Assembly: GCA_963662585.1 (NCBI GenBank)
Contig: OY759729.1
Span: 2,688,001 to 2,752,000 of the forward strand
Direction of reading: 5' to 3'
Length of the DNA: 64,000 bases
Source of the DNA: Candidatus Cloacimonadales bacterium
Lineage (GTDB): Bacteria > Cloacimonadota > Cloacimonadia > Cloacimonadales > JAFGVF01
Within the stretch, counting starts at the first letter, position 1. Every line of letters starts with the position of its first letter. Under the pieces are notes generated by a model that was not told the DNA's origin, did no database searches, and saw nothing but the letters and a program-made list of their open reading frames with translations. Positions 1 through 8,754 of the stretch are shown here, piece by piece. A program made the translations under genes and the position numbers.

Positions 1-3000
1 TGAGAACGAAACCCGTTCAAACTTAAACATTTTATTTGAAAACCCTGATTATGAAATCAAACAAGAGATGATTGGAGCAGCTGAATATGACTATATCAGC
101 ACTCAAGTTCAAACTGTAACAGTTGAAGTTGGAGCTCCTGAACTTCCTTTTTACTCTTCTACAATTGAAATTCCTAATACTGGGAAACCAACTATCAACA
201 TTCGCATAATCGAATCTGAAATTATTAAAGATGTTAATATTAAACCTTTTAGAGAAAACGAACTTCAATCATTAACTTTTGATAACACTCTTTATACTAA
301 AAATGTATTTTATCCCACAACTATAGCACAAATTGGGGAACCTGCAATCTTAAGAAATAAAAGATTGGTTAATTTTATAGTGAATCCATTTAGATATAAT
401 GATTCTACTAATTCTTTAGAGGTTATTAAAAAAGCTGAGATTGAAATTACTTTCGAAAATGAACCTTCTGTAAATGAAATTACCAGATCCTTTATGAAAG
501 CAGATGTTAATTTTGAGAATTTCTTCTCATCAGTATTATTAAATTATAAAGAACCTACTAGTAGAGATGATTACCAAAATCCTACTATTCTCTATATCTA
601 TCCTGCAGCTTTAGCTAATAATCCTGTTATGGAAAATCTTTTTAATTGGAGAAGAGAACAAGGTTGGACTGTTTATACTGCTAGTACTACTTTAACAGGA
701 ACATCAACTACTTCTATCAAAGCATATATACAAGATGCTTATGATACTTGGGAAAATGCCCCTACCTATGTTACTTTAATTGGAGACGGTTCAGGTTCAT
801 TCTCTCTTCCTGTTTATCAATTATCTAGCTCTTATACTCCAGGTGGAGACCACTGGTACACTCTATTAGAAGGAAATGATGAGTTGGAAGATATTTTTAT
901 AGGTAGAATTTCTATTGATGACATGATTGATCTTTCAACAATAGTAACAAAAACAATAAAATATGAAAAAGCTTCAGTTATTCCTGATTCTACCTATTAT
1001 ACTAGAGCACTTTTAGTTGGAGATACATCTCCTTCAGGTCAATCTACAATTATCACAAATCTATATGTTAAAGAGATAATGAATGATTATAATGATGATT
1101 ATACTTTTATCGAACATTATGGCGACTCACCTGCACCTTCTCAAGTTTCGAGTGGTATGAACGCTGGTGTAGGTTTTTGGAACTATCGTGGTTGGATTGG
1201 TATGGATGGCTGGGGAACTGGTCAAGCTGCTGCTTTAACTAATGTTAATAAATTAACTGTCTGCGTTATTTTAACTTGTTCAACAGGAACATTCTACTCA
1301 GGTGAATCTGTTACTGAAGCAGTTGTTCGTTCAGGTTCAGCTTCATCGCCTACAGGTGGTGTTTGCTCAATTGGATTAGCTACATCAGGTACTCACACAA
1401 CTTTCAATAACTGCCTTAATGGTGGTATCATGGGTTATCTTTTCCAAGAAGATGGCTGGACTATGGGTGCTGCTAATAATCGCGGTAAATTCCATCTTTG
1501 GGAAGCTTATGGGATTTCTAAGCCTGAAAGAGTTCAATTCTTTAGCACAATCTGTAATTTAATTGGTGACTCTGCTTTAAGAGTATATAAAGAACAACCA
1601 AAATCATTTGATACTGAATATATCGAAAATATTGCTGCTGGTACTAATCAATATAAAGTTTCTACTACACTTGATGGACTTGCTTTCTCTCATGTATGGG
1701 CTACTTTAAAAATTGGTGAAGATTATTATACTGGTTACACTAACTCTTATGGTGAAATATTCTTTAATATTGCTGAAGATTCAACTGGTGATGGAACTTT
1801 AACCCTTACTAAAGAAGGATATCAACCACAACAATATGATGTCAATTTTGGTTTAGAAGCACCTGTTTTAAATGCAACAGCTATTACCCTCTATAATGAA
1901 GGTACTGAAGTTGAATTTGTATCTCCTGGAAAGTCTTATGCTCTTAAGGTTGAAGCAACTAATAATGGTAGTGCTGATGTTACTAACATTAGTGCTTCTA
2001 TCACAGCTTCTACAAATGGTGTAATTGTTACTGAAGGAAATGCAAGTTATGGAAATATCGTGCAATCTGCAAGTGTAGAAAATACTGATAACTTTGAGTT
2101 CTCTGTTGAAAATAGAGCTTATGAAAGTGATATTGCTATGAACATAGTTTTATCTAATTCTTCTTATAGTTGGGAAAGACAAATAATCTTACCTGTTCAT
2201 AGTCCTATTATCCAGGTTTCTGAATATGATTTAGCTAATACTGGTTTTGGTCCTGGTGAAACTTCCGTAATTAGTGTGGACCTAATGAATAATGGTGATG
2301 GAGCTTTAGTAATGGCTGATGCTACACTTTCTACAACAGATAATAGAGTCACAATTAATTCTGCTGACGCTTTACTTGGTTCACTTGTTAGTGGAGCAAC
2401 TGGTACAGTAAGTTTTAATATTACTGCTTCAAATGATTTATTACCTGGTGATTTAGTTCCTATGATTGTTACTATTGATGATGATGGTTTTGAAACCGAA
2501 AGTTATTTCAGTCTTCAAGTAGGTGTTGCTTCTGTAACAGATCCTCTTGGTCCTGATGCTTACGGATATTATATCTTTGATTCTTATGATACAGAATATG
2601 CTGAATGTCCTGTATATGATTGGGTAGAACTTGACCCATCTGAAGGTGGAGTCGGAACTATTATTCCATTGCCTGATAATGGCGATAATCAAGAGAAAGT
2701 TGCGACAATAGATTTACCATTTACTTTCAGATTCTATGATGTAGATTATGACCAAATCTCAATATGTTCTAATGGTTGGTTAGCTATGGGTGAAACTGAA
2801 CAAGCAACCTTTAGAAACTGGAGATTACCTGGCCCACTAGGTGCTTCACCAATGATTGCTCCTTTCTGGGATGACCTTTTAACAGGTTCAACAGGACAAG
2901 TTTTTGTAGCTCATGACCAAGCTGAAAACTACTTTGTAATTACTTGGAATGAATGGAGAAATCATTATAGTACTAGTTATGAAGAGACTTTCCAAGTCAT

Positions 3001-4090
3001 TCTTTATGACCCTGAATATTATGCTTCTTCAACTGGTGATGCTCCTATTAAAATTCAATATAAAGTTGTTAATAATGTTGATAATGCCAGTGGTAACAGT
3101 CATGGTGAATATTCTACTGTTGGTATAGAAGACCATACAGGAACTGTTGGTTTAGAATATACTTATAATAACAGTTATCCTCAGGCGGCAAGACCACTTG
3201 AAAATGAAATGGCTTTATTCATTACAACTAAAATTGGACAATTACCTCCATTTGTAATGACTCAACCAAATGATGTTACTTTTGAAGAAGATTATTCAGA
3301 TAATACAATAGATTTATATAGTATCTTCAAAGATCCTAATAACGATGTCTTAGAATTTAGCTTCTCAGAAAGTGATAATTTGAATTTAGAATTTGATGAA
3401 AATGGTTATTTGGTCATTACTCCTAACCAAAACTGGAATGGAACAGAAACTGTTACTATCTATGCAGAAGATGGTGTTACTGATTTTGTAGTATCGGTGT
3501 CATTCTTAGTTACAGTAACTCCTGTTAATGACAGACCTTCACTTCAATCTAAATTCCCTGTAGATACTAACTTTGATTCAAATACAAATATACTCACCTT
3601 TAGCGTTGTTGTAAATGATGTTGATAGTGAATTAGCTTATGAATGGAAGATTGATAATGAAATAGTAGAAGGTGAAGTTTCAGATACACTTAATTTCGTA
3701 TTTGATAGTGTTGGAGAATATACAGTAAAATGTTATGCTTCAGATTCAGATTTCACTGTTATTGCTACTTGGAATGTTAATATTGCAGTATCTAATGATA
3801 TTAATGTAGTTGCTGTAAATAACCTTTCTCAAAATAATCCTAACCCATTCAATCCTACTACTAATATTAATTTCTCATTGAGTAAAAATAGTAATGTTTC
3901 TATTATTGTTTATAATGTCAAAGGACAAAAAGTTAAAACTTTAGTCTCTGATAGATATACTCAAGGAAGTCATAATGTAGTTTGGAATGGTTTAGATGAT
4001 AACAATCAACCTGTAGCCTCAGGCGTTTATTTCTATAGAATGGTATCTGATGAATTCCATAGTACTAAAAAAGCTATAATGATGAAGTAA
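1..4090 (+). CDS. C25 (gingipain-like) family secreted protein with propeptide, Ig-like repeats and FlgD-Ig/T9SS-like C-terminal sorting domain; 5' end truncated by the window
   Basis: Frame is open from position 2, upstream of the ORF-track ATG at 68. C25 motifs YVTLIGDG, DHWY..LEGND, IFIGRIS, CNLIGD; C-terminus NNPNPFNPTT...IYNVKGQKV...SGVYFY...KKAIMMK. Confidence 0.85.
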   Translation, partial: ENETRSNLNILFENPDYEIKQEMIGAAEYDYISTQVQTVTVEVGAPELPFYSSTIEIPNTGKPTINIRIIESEIIKDVNIKPFRENELQSLTFDNTLYTKNVFYPTTIAQIGEPAILRNKRLVNFIVNPFRYNDSTNSLEVIKKAEIEITFENEPSVNEITRSFMKADVNFENFFSSVLLNYKEPTSRDDYQNPTILYIYPAALANNPVMENLFNWRREQGWTVYTASTTLTGTSTTSIKAYIQDAYDTWENAPTYVTLIGDGSGSFSLPVYQLSSSYTPGGDHWYTLLEGNDELEDIFIGRISIDDMIDLSTIVTKTIKYEKASVIPDSTYYTRALLVGDTSPSGQSTIITNLYVKEIMNDYNDDYTFIEHYGDSPAPSQVSSGMNAGVGFWNYRGWIGMDGWGTGQAAALTNVNKLTVCVILTCSTGTFYSGESVTEAVVRSGSASSPTGGVCSIGLATSGTHTTFNNCLNGGIMGYLFQEDGWTMGAANNRGKFHLWEAYGISKPERVQFFSTICNLIGDSALRVYKEQPKSFDTEYIENIAAGTNQYKVSTTLDGLAFSHVWATLKIGEDYYTGYTNSYGEIFFNIAEDSTGDGTLTLTKEGYQPQQYDVNFGLEAPVLNATAITLYNEGTEVEFVSPGKSYALKVEATNNGSADVTNISASITASTNGVIVTEGNASYGNIVQSASVENTDNFEFSVENRAYESDIAMNIVLSNSSYSWERQIILPVHSPIIQVSEYDLANTGFGPGETSVISVDLMNNGDGALVMADATLSTTDNRVTINSADALLGSLVSGATGTVSFNITASNDLLPGDLVPMIVTIDDDGFETESYFSLQVGVASVTDPLGPDAYGYYIFDSYDTEYAECPVYDWVELDPSEGGVGTIIPLPDNGDNQEKVATIDLPFTFRFYDVDYDQISICSNGWLAMGETEQATFRNWRLPGPLGASPMIAPFWDDLLTGSTGQVFVAHDQAENYFVITWNEWRNHYSTSYEETFQVILYDPEYYASSTGDAPIKIQYKVVNNVDNASGNSHGEYSTVGIEDHTGTVGLEYTYNNSYPQAARPLENEMALFITTKIGQLPPFVMTQPNDVTFEEDYSDNTIDLYSIFKDPNNDVLEFSFSESDNLNLEFDENGYLVITPNQNWNGTETVTIYAEDGVTDFVVSVSFLVTVTPVNDRPSLQSKFPVDTNFDSNTNILTFSVVVNDVDSELAYEWKIDNEIVEGEVSDTLNFVFDSVGEYTVKCYASDSDFTVIATWNVNIAVSNDINVVAVNNLSQNNPNPFNPTTNINFSLSKNSNVSIIVYNVKGQKVKTLVSDRYTQGSHNVVWNGLDDNNQPVASGVYFYRMVSDEFHSTKKAIMMK

Positions 4091-4127
4091 AATTATTAGC
4101 CAAATTTGGTGAAATAAATAGAAATAT

Positions 4128-4156
4128 AAAAGCCCCCTTGATTCAAGGGGGCTTTT
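4128..4156 (+). terminator. Rho-independent terminator of the C25 gene; target hairpin of the IIC intron
   Basis: AAAAGCCCCCTTG-ATT-CAAGGGGGCTTTT perfect stem followed by a T tract. Confidence 0.9.
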
Positions 4157-4157
4157 C

Positions 4158-6269
4158 GTTTGCCCAGAATGTTATCTGAGCCGATGGACTGAAAGAAGTC
4201 CTGACACCCAACTGACAGGAAGTCAATCTGAGGTCAAGGGCGTTGCTGGCAACGGCAGGGTCTGAAGTAAGACGCAGGAAGAATGTGGAACATAGCGAAA
4301 GTAAACTGATTTTGGTTCATGTAGTGGGTAACTCTTCGAAAAGTGAGAACGCCCAAAAGTCAGTCGATTACATGGATTACAACAGATGGATTTACATTCA
4401 GGCAGGATAGCTTAACTGGGGAAGCCTGTTAATGTCTCTAATAGAGTAACTATGACTACAAGCTGAAAGGCAAGAGTTGTATTAAGCATAAGCAGGTGGC
4501 AGATGATTCCGTAGTAGTGACTAACCCTTTGCCTATGAAAGCTGGTGACAGACTGGAGGATAAAACAGAGGGGACAATATTCTTAGTAATATTGGGGGAT
4601 ATTTTTCAAAAGGAAATATCTCATGTGAAGGGATGAAGATAAACCAAAGAATAAACATAATTAAAGAGATATTTTCTTAAAAGTAGGAAACGAAGAGAAT
4701 CGAAAGATTCAAGGCTCGGATAGACGGTGGTGAGTACCTTCTTTCTATCATGACCTTACGAGACTGAGTAGATGAAGTTAAAAAAAGGATAATAGTCAAA
4801 ACCTATAAAATCTTTGATAGATTGCTTTATGCTAAAAAACTTCGAAGGTCTTCATTGAATTAACTGTCATTTGAAAGTATAATTTAAACATTGTTTATTG
4901 TGAAAAAGGAGAAACTAAATGAAAAAGTGGTACAGTTTAATTGATAAAGTTTACTCAAAAGGTAATCTCTATGAATCTTTCCTAAAGGTAAAGAAAAATA
5001 GAGGTGCAGAAGGTATAGATAATATTACTATATCTAAGTTTGGTGAGACTCTACAAGAGAACTTAGAGCAGATTCATTTAGAATTGAAAAGTGGGAAGTA
5101 TATCCTATCACCTGTGAAACGGGTAGAGATACCTAAAGGAAATGGTAAGATGAGGCCATTAGGAATACCTACTGTAAAAGATAGAATCGTACAGCAGGCA
5201 ATAAATAACATCATCCAACCAATTTTTGAACCTGATTTTCATCCACAAAGCTATGGCTACCGTCCCAACAAAAGTTGTCAAAAGGCAGTGGCTAAAGCAC
5301 ATATATTAATGGTTCAGGAAGAGCTTCCTTTTGTAGTGGATATGGATTTATCAAAATGTTTTGATACATTAAATCATAAATTCATAATGCAATCATTAAA
5401 TAGGAAAATAAGTGACGGAACATTATTAAAGTTGATAGAGAAAATCTTAAAGTCTGGTGTTATGCAAGAAGGGAAGTATAGCGAAACTGAAGTAGGAAGT
5501 CCACAAGGAGGGGTAATCTCTCCACTTCTTATGAACATATATCTTGATAGTTTTGACCAAGAAATGAAAAGTCGAGGAATCGAGATAGTACGCTATGCTG
5601 ATGACATTTTACTTTTTGCTAAGACTAAGAAAAAAGCAGAACAATATCAACGAATTGCGGTAGAATATCTAAACTCAATTTATCTCATCGTAAATGAAGA
5701 AAAGACACATATTGCGAGTGTATTTAAAGGAGTCAAGTATCTTGGCTTCGAAATACATGAATCATATGTAAAGATAGAGGATAAAAGAGTAAAAGCGTTC
5801 AAAGATAAGATTCGGTCACTGACTCCACGGAATAGCGGAATTAATGTCCAGACAATGATTAAAAGACTTAATCCGATATTGAGAGGTTGGTCGAATTACT
5901 TTAGGGTGGCAAATTGCAAAGGAGTCTTTCAGTCTCTATTATCATGGATAAGGCGGCGACTAAGAATGAAGAAAATGCGGGAATGGAAAAGTTGGAAAGC
6001 TTTTCACCAACAACTTAGAAGAGTTGGGCATAAAAGTGATTTTCCGAAAATATCTATGACACATTGGAAGAATTCTGGTTGTTATCATATTCATAGAGCT
6101 TTACCTAATGAATGGTTTGAGCAATTAGGGCTATATGACTTACTATCGAAACCTACAAGTGTTTTATTTAATTATTATGAATAATTACAAGGTTTATCAG
6201 GAGCCGTGTACGAGTCCCGTACGCACGGTTCTGTGAGAGGGATGGTGCTAACGCACCACCCTACTCGAT
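4158..6269 (+). mobile_element. Group II intron, bacterial class C (IIC)
   Basis: 5' GTTTGCCCAGAATG. DI closing CCCAG(4163)/CTGGG(4416). EBS1 GAAAAG (4338-4343) is complementary to exon end CTTTTC (4152-4157). DIV stem GATAAACC(4638)/GGTTTATC(6191). Short DV GAGCCGTGTACGAGTCCCGTACGCACGGTTC (6201-6231). DVI ends CCCTACTCGAT. Sits directly after a terminator. Confidence 0.93.
4919..6184 (+). CDS. ltrA: Group II intron reverse transcriptase/maturase, no endonuclease domain
   Basis: RT0 GAEGIDN, RPLGIPTVKDRIVQQA, SYGYRP, DLSKCFD, PQGGVISPLLMNIYL, RYADD; maturase LNPILRGWSNYF; RBS AAGGAG. Confidence 0.95.
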   Translation: MKKWYSLIDKVYSKGNLYESFLKVKKNRGAEGIDNITISKFGETLQENLEQIHLELKSGKYILSPVKRVEIPKGNGKMRPLGIPTVKDRIVQQAINNIIQPIFEPDFHPQSYGYRPNKSCQKAVAKAHILMVQEELPFVVDMDLSKCFDTLNHKFIMQSLNRKISDGTLLKLIEKILKSGVMQEGKYSETEVGSPQGGVISPLLMNIYLDSFDQEMKSRGIEIVRYADDILLFAKTKKKAEQYQRIAVEYLNSIYLIVNEEKTHIASVFKGVKYLGFEIHESYVKIEDKRVKAFKDKIRSLTPRNSGINVQTMIKRLNPILRGWSNYFRVANCKGVFQSLLSWIRRRLRMKKMREWKSWKAFHQQLRRVGHKSDFPKISMTHWKNSGCYHIHRALPNEWFEQLGLYDLLSKPTSVLFNYYE

Positions 6270-6294
6270 TAGGAGATCATACAATGAGATTTAA

Positions 6295-6456
6295 ACCCAA
6301 TAATGCAGTAGATCTTTTAGAATAGCACTATATTCATTTGCTAAAGCATTTTACATAATTTCTCAGAGTATATATATTATCGACTGATAAATTCTGTATA
6401 ACCTTTATCTAAAAGAATCTGCACTCTTCTGTAAAGCTCTACTGCACCATTCTGGT
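6295..6456. mobile_element. MITE-like element, copy 1 (ACCC...GGT ends, TAA target duplication)
   Basis: Near-identical inverted copy at 61720-61855. Imperfect terminal inverted repeats ACCCAATAATGCAGTAGATCTTT / rc ACCAGAATGGTGCAGTAGAGCTTT. TAA on both flanks. Confidence 0.75.
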
Positions 6457-6700
6457 TAAATACCAAGAATTCTTTTATCCCTATCAGCATTTTCATATTT
6501 ATCAAAAATTGGTATATTCTCTTTAAGAGAAATAGGTGTAATAGTAGGTTTTTTTGTCTATGTTATTGATTATACTAGCACCATCATTAACTGTCCTTTG
6601 CTTGACCCTGACTGTTTAAATAATTTTCTTTCGGAGAATAATCAAAATAATTTCTGGACAAGTTTTTCCAAGTAAAATAAATTTGTAGGAAGAGGTGAAA

Positions 6701-7348
6701 ATGACTTTTGATCAAATATATAAAATACTAGAAGCTCGATTTAAAGAGTTTCCAACACCCGTTGTCGATTTCATAGAAGTTCAGACAAAAGACCCATTTA
6801 AGATTCTTGTAGCGACTATATTGAGTGCTAGAACTAAAGATAGCACCACTACGAAAGTCGTTGAAGAACTATTTAAAGTAGTTTCTAAAGCTGAAGATTT
6901 TAATAATTTATCCATTCCTCAATTAGAAAAATTACTCTACCCTGTAGGTTTCTATAAACATAAAGCTGAATACTTAAAAGCTCTTCCAAAAGTCTTAGAA
7001 GAAGAGTTTAATAATAAAATTCCAGAAGAAATTGATGAACTTATTAAATTACCTGGAGTAGGTAGAAAAACTGCCAATTTAGTTAGAGCTATAGCCTTTA
7101 AAAAACCTGCTGTCTGTGTTGATGTCCATGTTCATAGAATTTTTAACAGATTAGGAATGGTAAGAACTAAAACTCCTCTAGAGACAGAAATGACACTAAG
7201 AAAAGAACTTCCTGTTAAATACTGGATACACTTTAACTCCTATTTTGTTGCCTTTGGACAGAATCTCTGCACTCCAAGAAAACCAATGTGTAGTGAATGC
7301 CCTATTTATGATGGATGCAGAAGAATAGGGGTAAAAGAATCAAAATAA
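6701..7348 (+). CDS. nth: Endonuclease III
   Basis: HhH motif LPGVGRKTAN, VDVHVHR, 4Fe-4S motif C-TPRKPM-C-SE-C-PIYDG-C; RBS GAGGTG before ATG 6701. Confidence 0.93.
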   Translation: MTFDQIYKILEARFKEFPTPVVDFIEVQTKDPFKILVATILSARTKDSTTTKVVEELFKVVSKAEDFNNLSIPQLEKLLYPVGFYKHKAEYLKALPKVLEEEFNNKIPEEIDELIKLPGVGRKTANLVRAIAFKKPAVCVDVHVHRIFNRLGMVRTKTPLETEMTLRKELPVKYWIHFNSYFVAFGQNLCTPRKPMCSECPIYDGCRRIGVKESK

Positions 7349-7360
7349 TTGAAGGAATTA

Positions 7361-7680
7361 AGTTGGAGACCGGAGTTCCTCGGCCGTAGGCAAGGGACTT
7401 CGGACGAAAGAAAGTTGTCGGAAGTCGCTACTCCGTGAGCAACTCCCGTCATAAATAGTTGGAGACCGGAGTTCCTCGGCCGTAGGCAAGGGACTTCGGA
7501 CGAAAGAAAGTTAGTTGTCAAAAGTCTCTTCTGCGTGAGTGAGTGAGCAACTCTCGGACGAAAGAAAGTTAGTTGTCAAAAGTCTCTTCTGCGTGAGTGA
7601 GTGAGCAACTCCCGTCATAAATAGTTGGAGACCGGAATTCCTTAGCCGTAGGCAAGGGACTTCGGACGAAAGAAAGTTAG
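7361..7680. repeat. Mosaic array of GC-rich REP-like hairpins (unit A x3, unit B variants x3)
   Basis: Unit A AGTTGGAGACCGGAGTTCCTCGGCCGTAGGCAAGGGACTTCGGACGAAAGAAAGTT at 7361, 7457 and 7623. B units AGTTGTC...GTGAGCAACTC at 7413, 7513 and 7571. Confidence 0.85.
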
Positions 7681-7819
7681 TTTTCAAATCCCGGAGGGAT
7701 GGCATATAATAGGGAGTGTTCGCCAGACACTCCTAGAGTATCTCCCCATGGTGCTTGGACGCGTTAGCGGACAAGGGAAATGTAGATAATTGCAAAAAAT
7801 CGGACTAACTATTTTTTTG

Positions 7820-7843
7820 AGGGCGTATTGCCATACGCCCTAC
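7820..7843 (-). repeat. GTAG-family REP palindrome
   Basis: Minus strand reads GTAGGGCGTAT-GGCA-ATACGCCCT; related copy at 38476-38501. Confidence 0.7.
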
Positions 7844-7852
7844 TGAAGAAAT

Positions 7853-8239
7853 TTACTTGGAAGCAAAATCCTTAACTTTATAACTGTATATAAGATTTGT
7901 TACAGGTAAATCAGCAATATTATCCAGCATCTTTTTCTTATTTAACTTATTGATAATTTCACTAACAAAATAATCTAAGTCATTTAAATAAGGAAATTCT
8001 TCTTTGTGGCAACTAGGCATGTCATATTTAGCAAGAAGTACATCATGCTCAGATTCTAAATGAGCTTCTAACTTTGCCACATGATATTCAATCTCAATTT
8101 TTATATTATTTATGGTTAATATATTATTGTCAAATTTCATTACAAATGCATAAGTATTGTTCTTAGTAATCACATCACATACTCTAGGTAAAAACCTTTT
8201 AAATAGCTCTATTTTGAATTGATTCTCTAAGGAATTCAT
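7853..8239 (-). CDS. Hypothetical protein (128 aa)
   Basis: Stand-alone ORF with RBS AGGGAG; no recognisable motif. Confidence 0.65.
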   Translation of the reverse strand: MNSLENQFKIELFKRFLPRVCDVITKNNTYAFVMKFDNNILTINNIKIEIEYHVAKLEAHLESEHDVLLAKYDMPSCHKEEFPYLNDLDYFVSEIINKLNKKKMLDNIADLPVTNLIYSYKVKDFASK

Positions 8240-8496
8240 CTTTACTCCCTTACATAATTTATTTATATAAATTATAATGGTATATTCTCCTTAGGCAAAT
8301 AATTATTTAGTCTACATATAGACTTTTTTATATCACTAAGGTAGCACTCTTTTTCTAATACTCTTTTACATTAGCTTGTAACTTCTCTCTTAACTCTCGT
8401 TATAAATAGTGGGTTCCTAAGAAATAATTATTTTTTATTGACTTAGATGTTAGTTAATAATAACTTGAAAAAAACAAAATAAAGAAGAGGTAGTTA

Positions 8497-8709
8497 ATGA
8501 AAGGTATAGTGAAATGGTTTAATGAGAATAAGGGATATGGATTTATTCTTTCTGATGAAAATGTTGAATATTTTGTACATTGGAAGAGTATTGTAACACC
8601 AAACCCAATGCAACAGAAAATTCTTATTCAGGATGAAAGAGTGGAGTTTGACACTATAGAAACCCCTAGAGGTATTCAAGCAATTAATATTATTAGAGTT
8701 GATGTTTAG
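8497..8709 (+). CDS. Cold-shock domain protein
   Basis: GIVKWFNENKGYGFI (RNP1), YFVHW (RNP2); RBS GAGG. Confidence 0.92.
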   Translation: MKGIVKWFNENKGYGFILSDENVEYFVHWKSIVTPNPMQQKILIQDERVEFDTIETPRGIQAINIIRVDV

Positions 8710-8754
8710 TATGGTAAGGAAGTAATTTCCAGAACTTAAAGAGGGCGGATTTCT

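Noticed and set aside
4919..6184. DGR or retron reverse transcriptase acting on the C-type lectin gene
   Set aside because: The RT has RT0 and maturase domains and sits inside a complete group II ribozyme. No template/variable repeat pair differing at adenines was seen.
6460..6600. Possible minus-strand gene fragment next to the MITE
   Set aside because: It is under 50 codons, needs a frameshift and has no recognisable motif, so it cannot be supported as a pseudogene.
7395..7416. Hammerhead ribozyme suggested by GGACGAAA
   Set aside because: No CUGANGA core is present in the repeat unit.
7361..7680. CRISPR array
   Set aside because: The intervening segments are themselves repeated rather than unique spacers, the repeats are about 56 nt, and no cas genes are in the window.
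7306..7705. Minus-strand 71-aa and 64-aa ORFs
   Set aside because: These are translations of the palindromic repeat array, and one overlaps nth.
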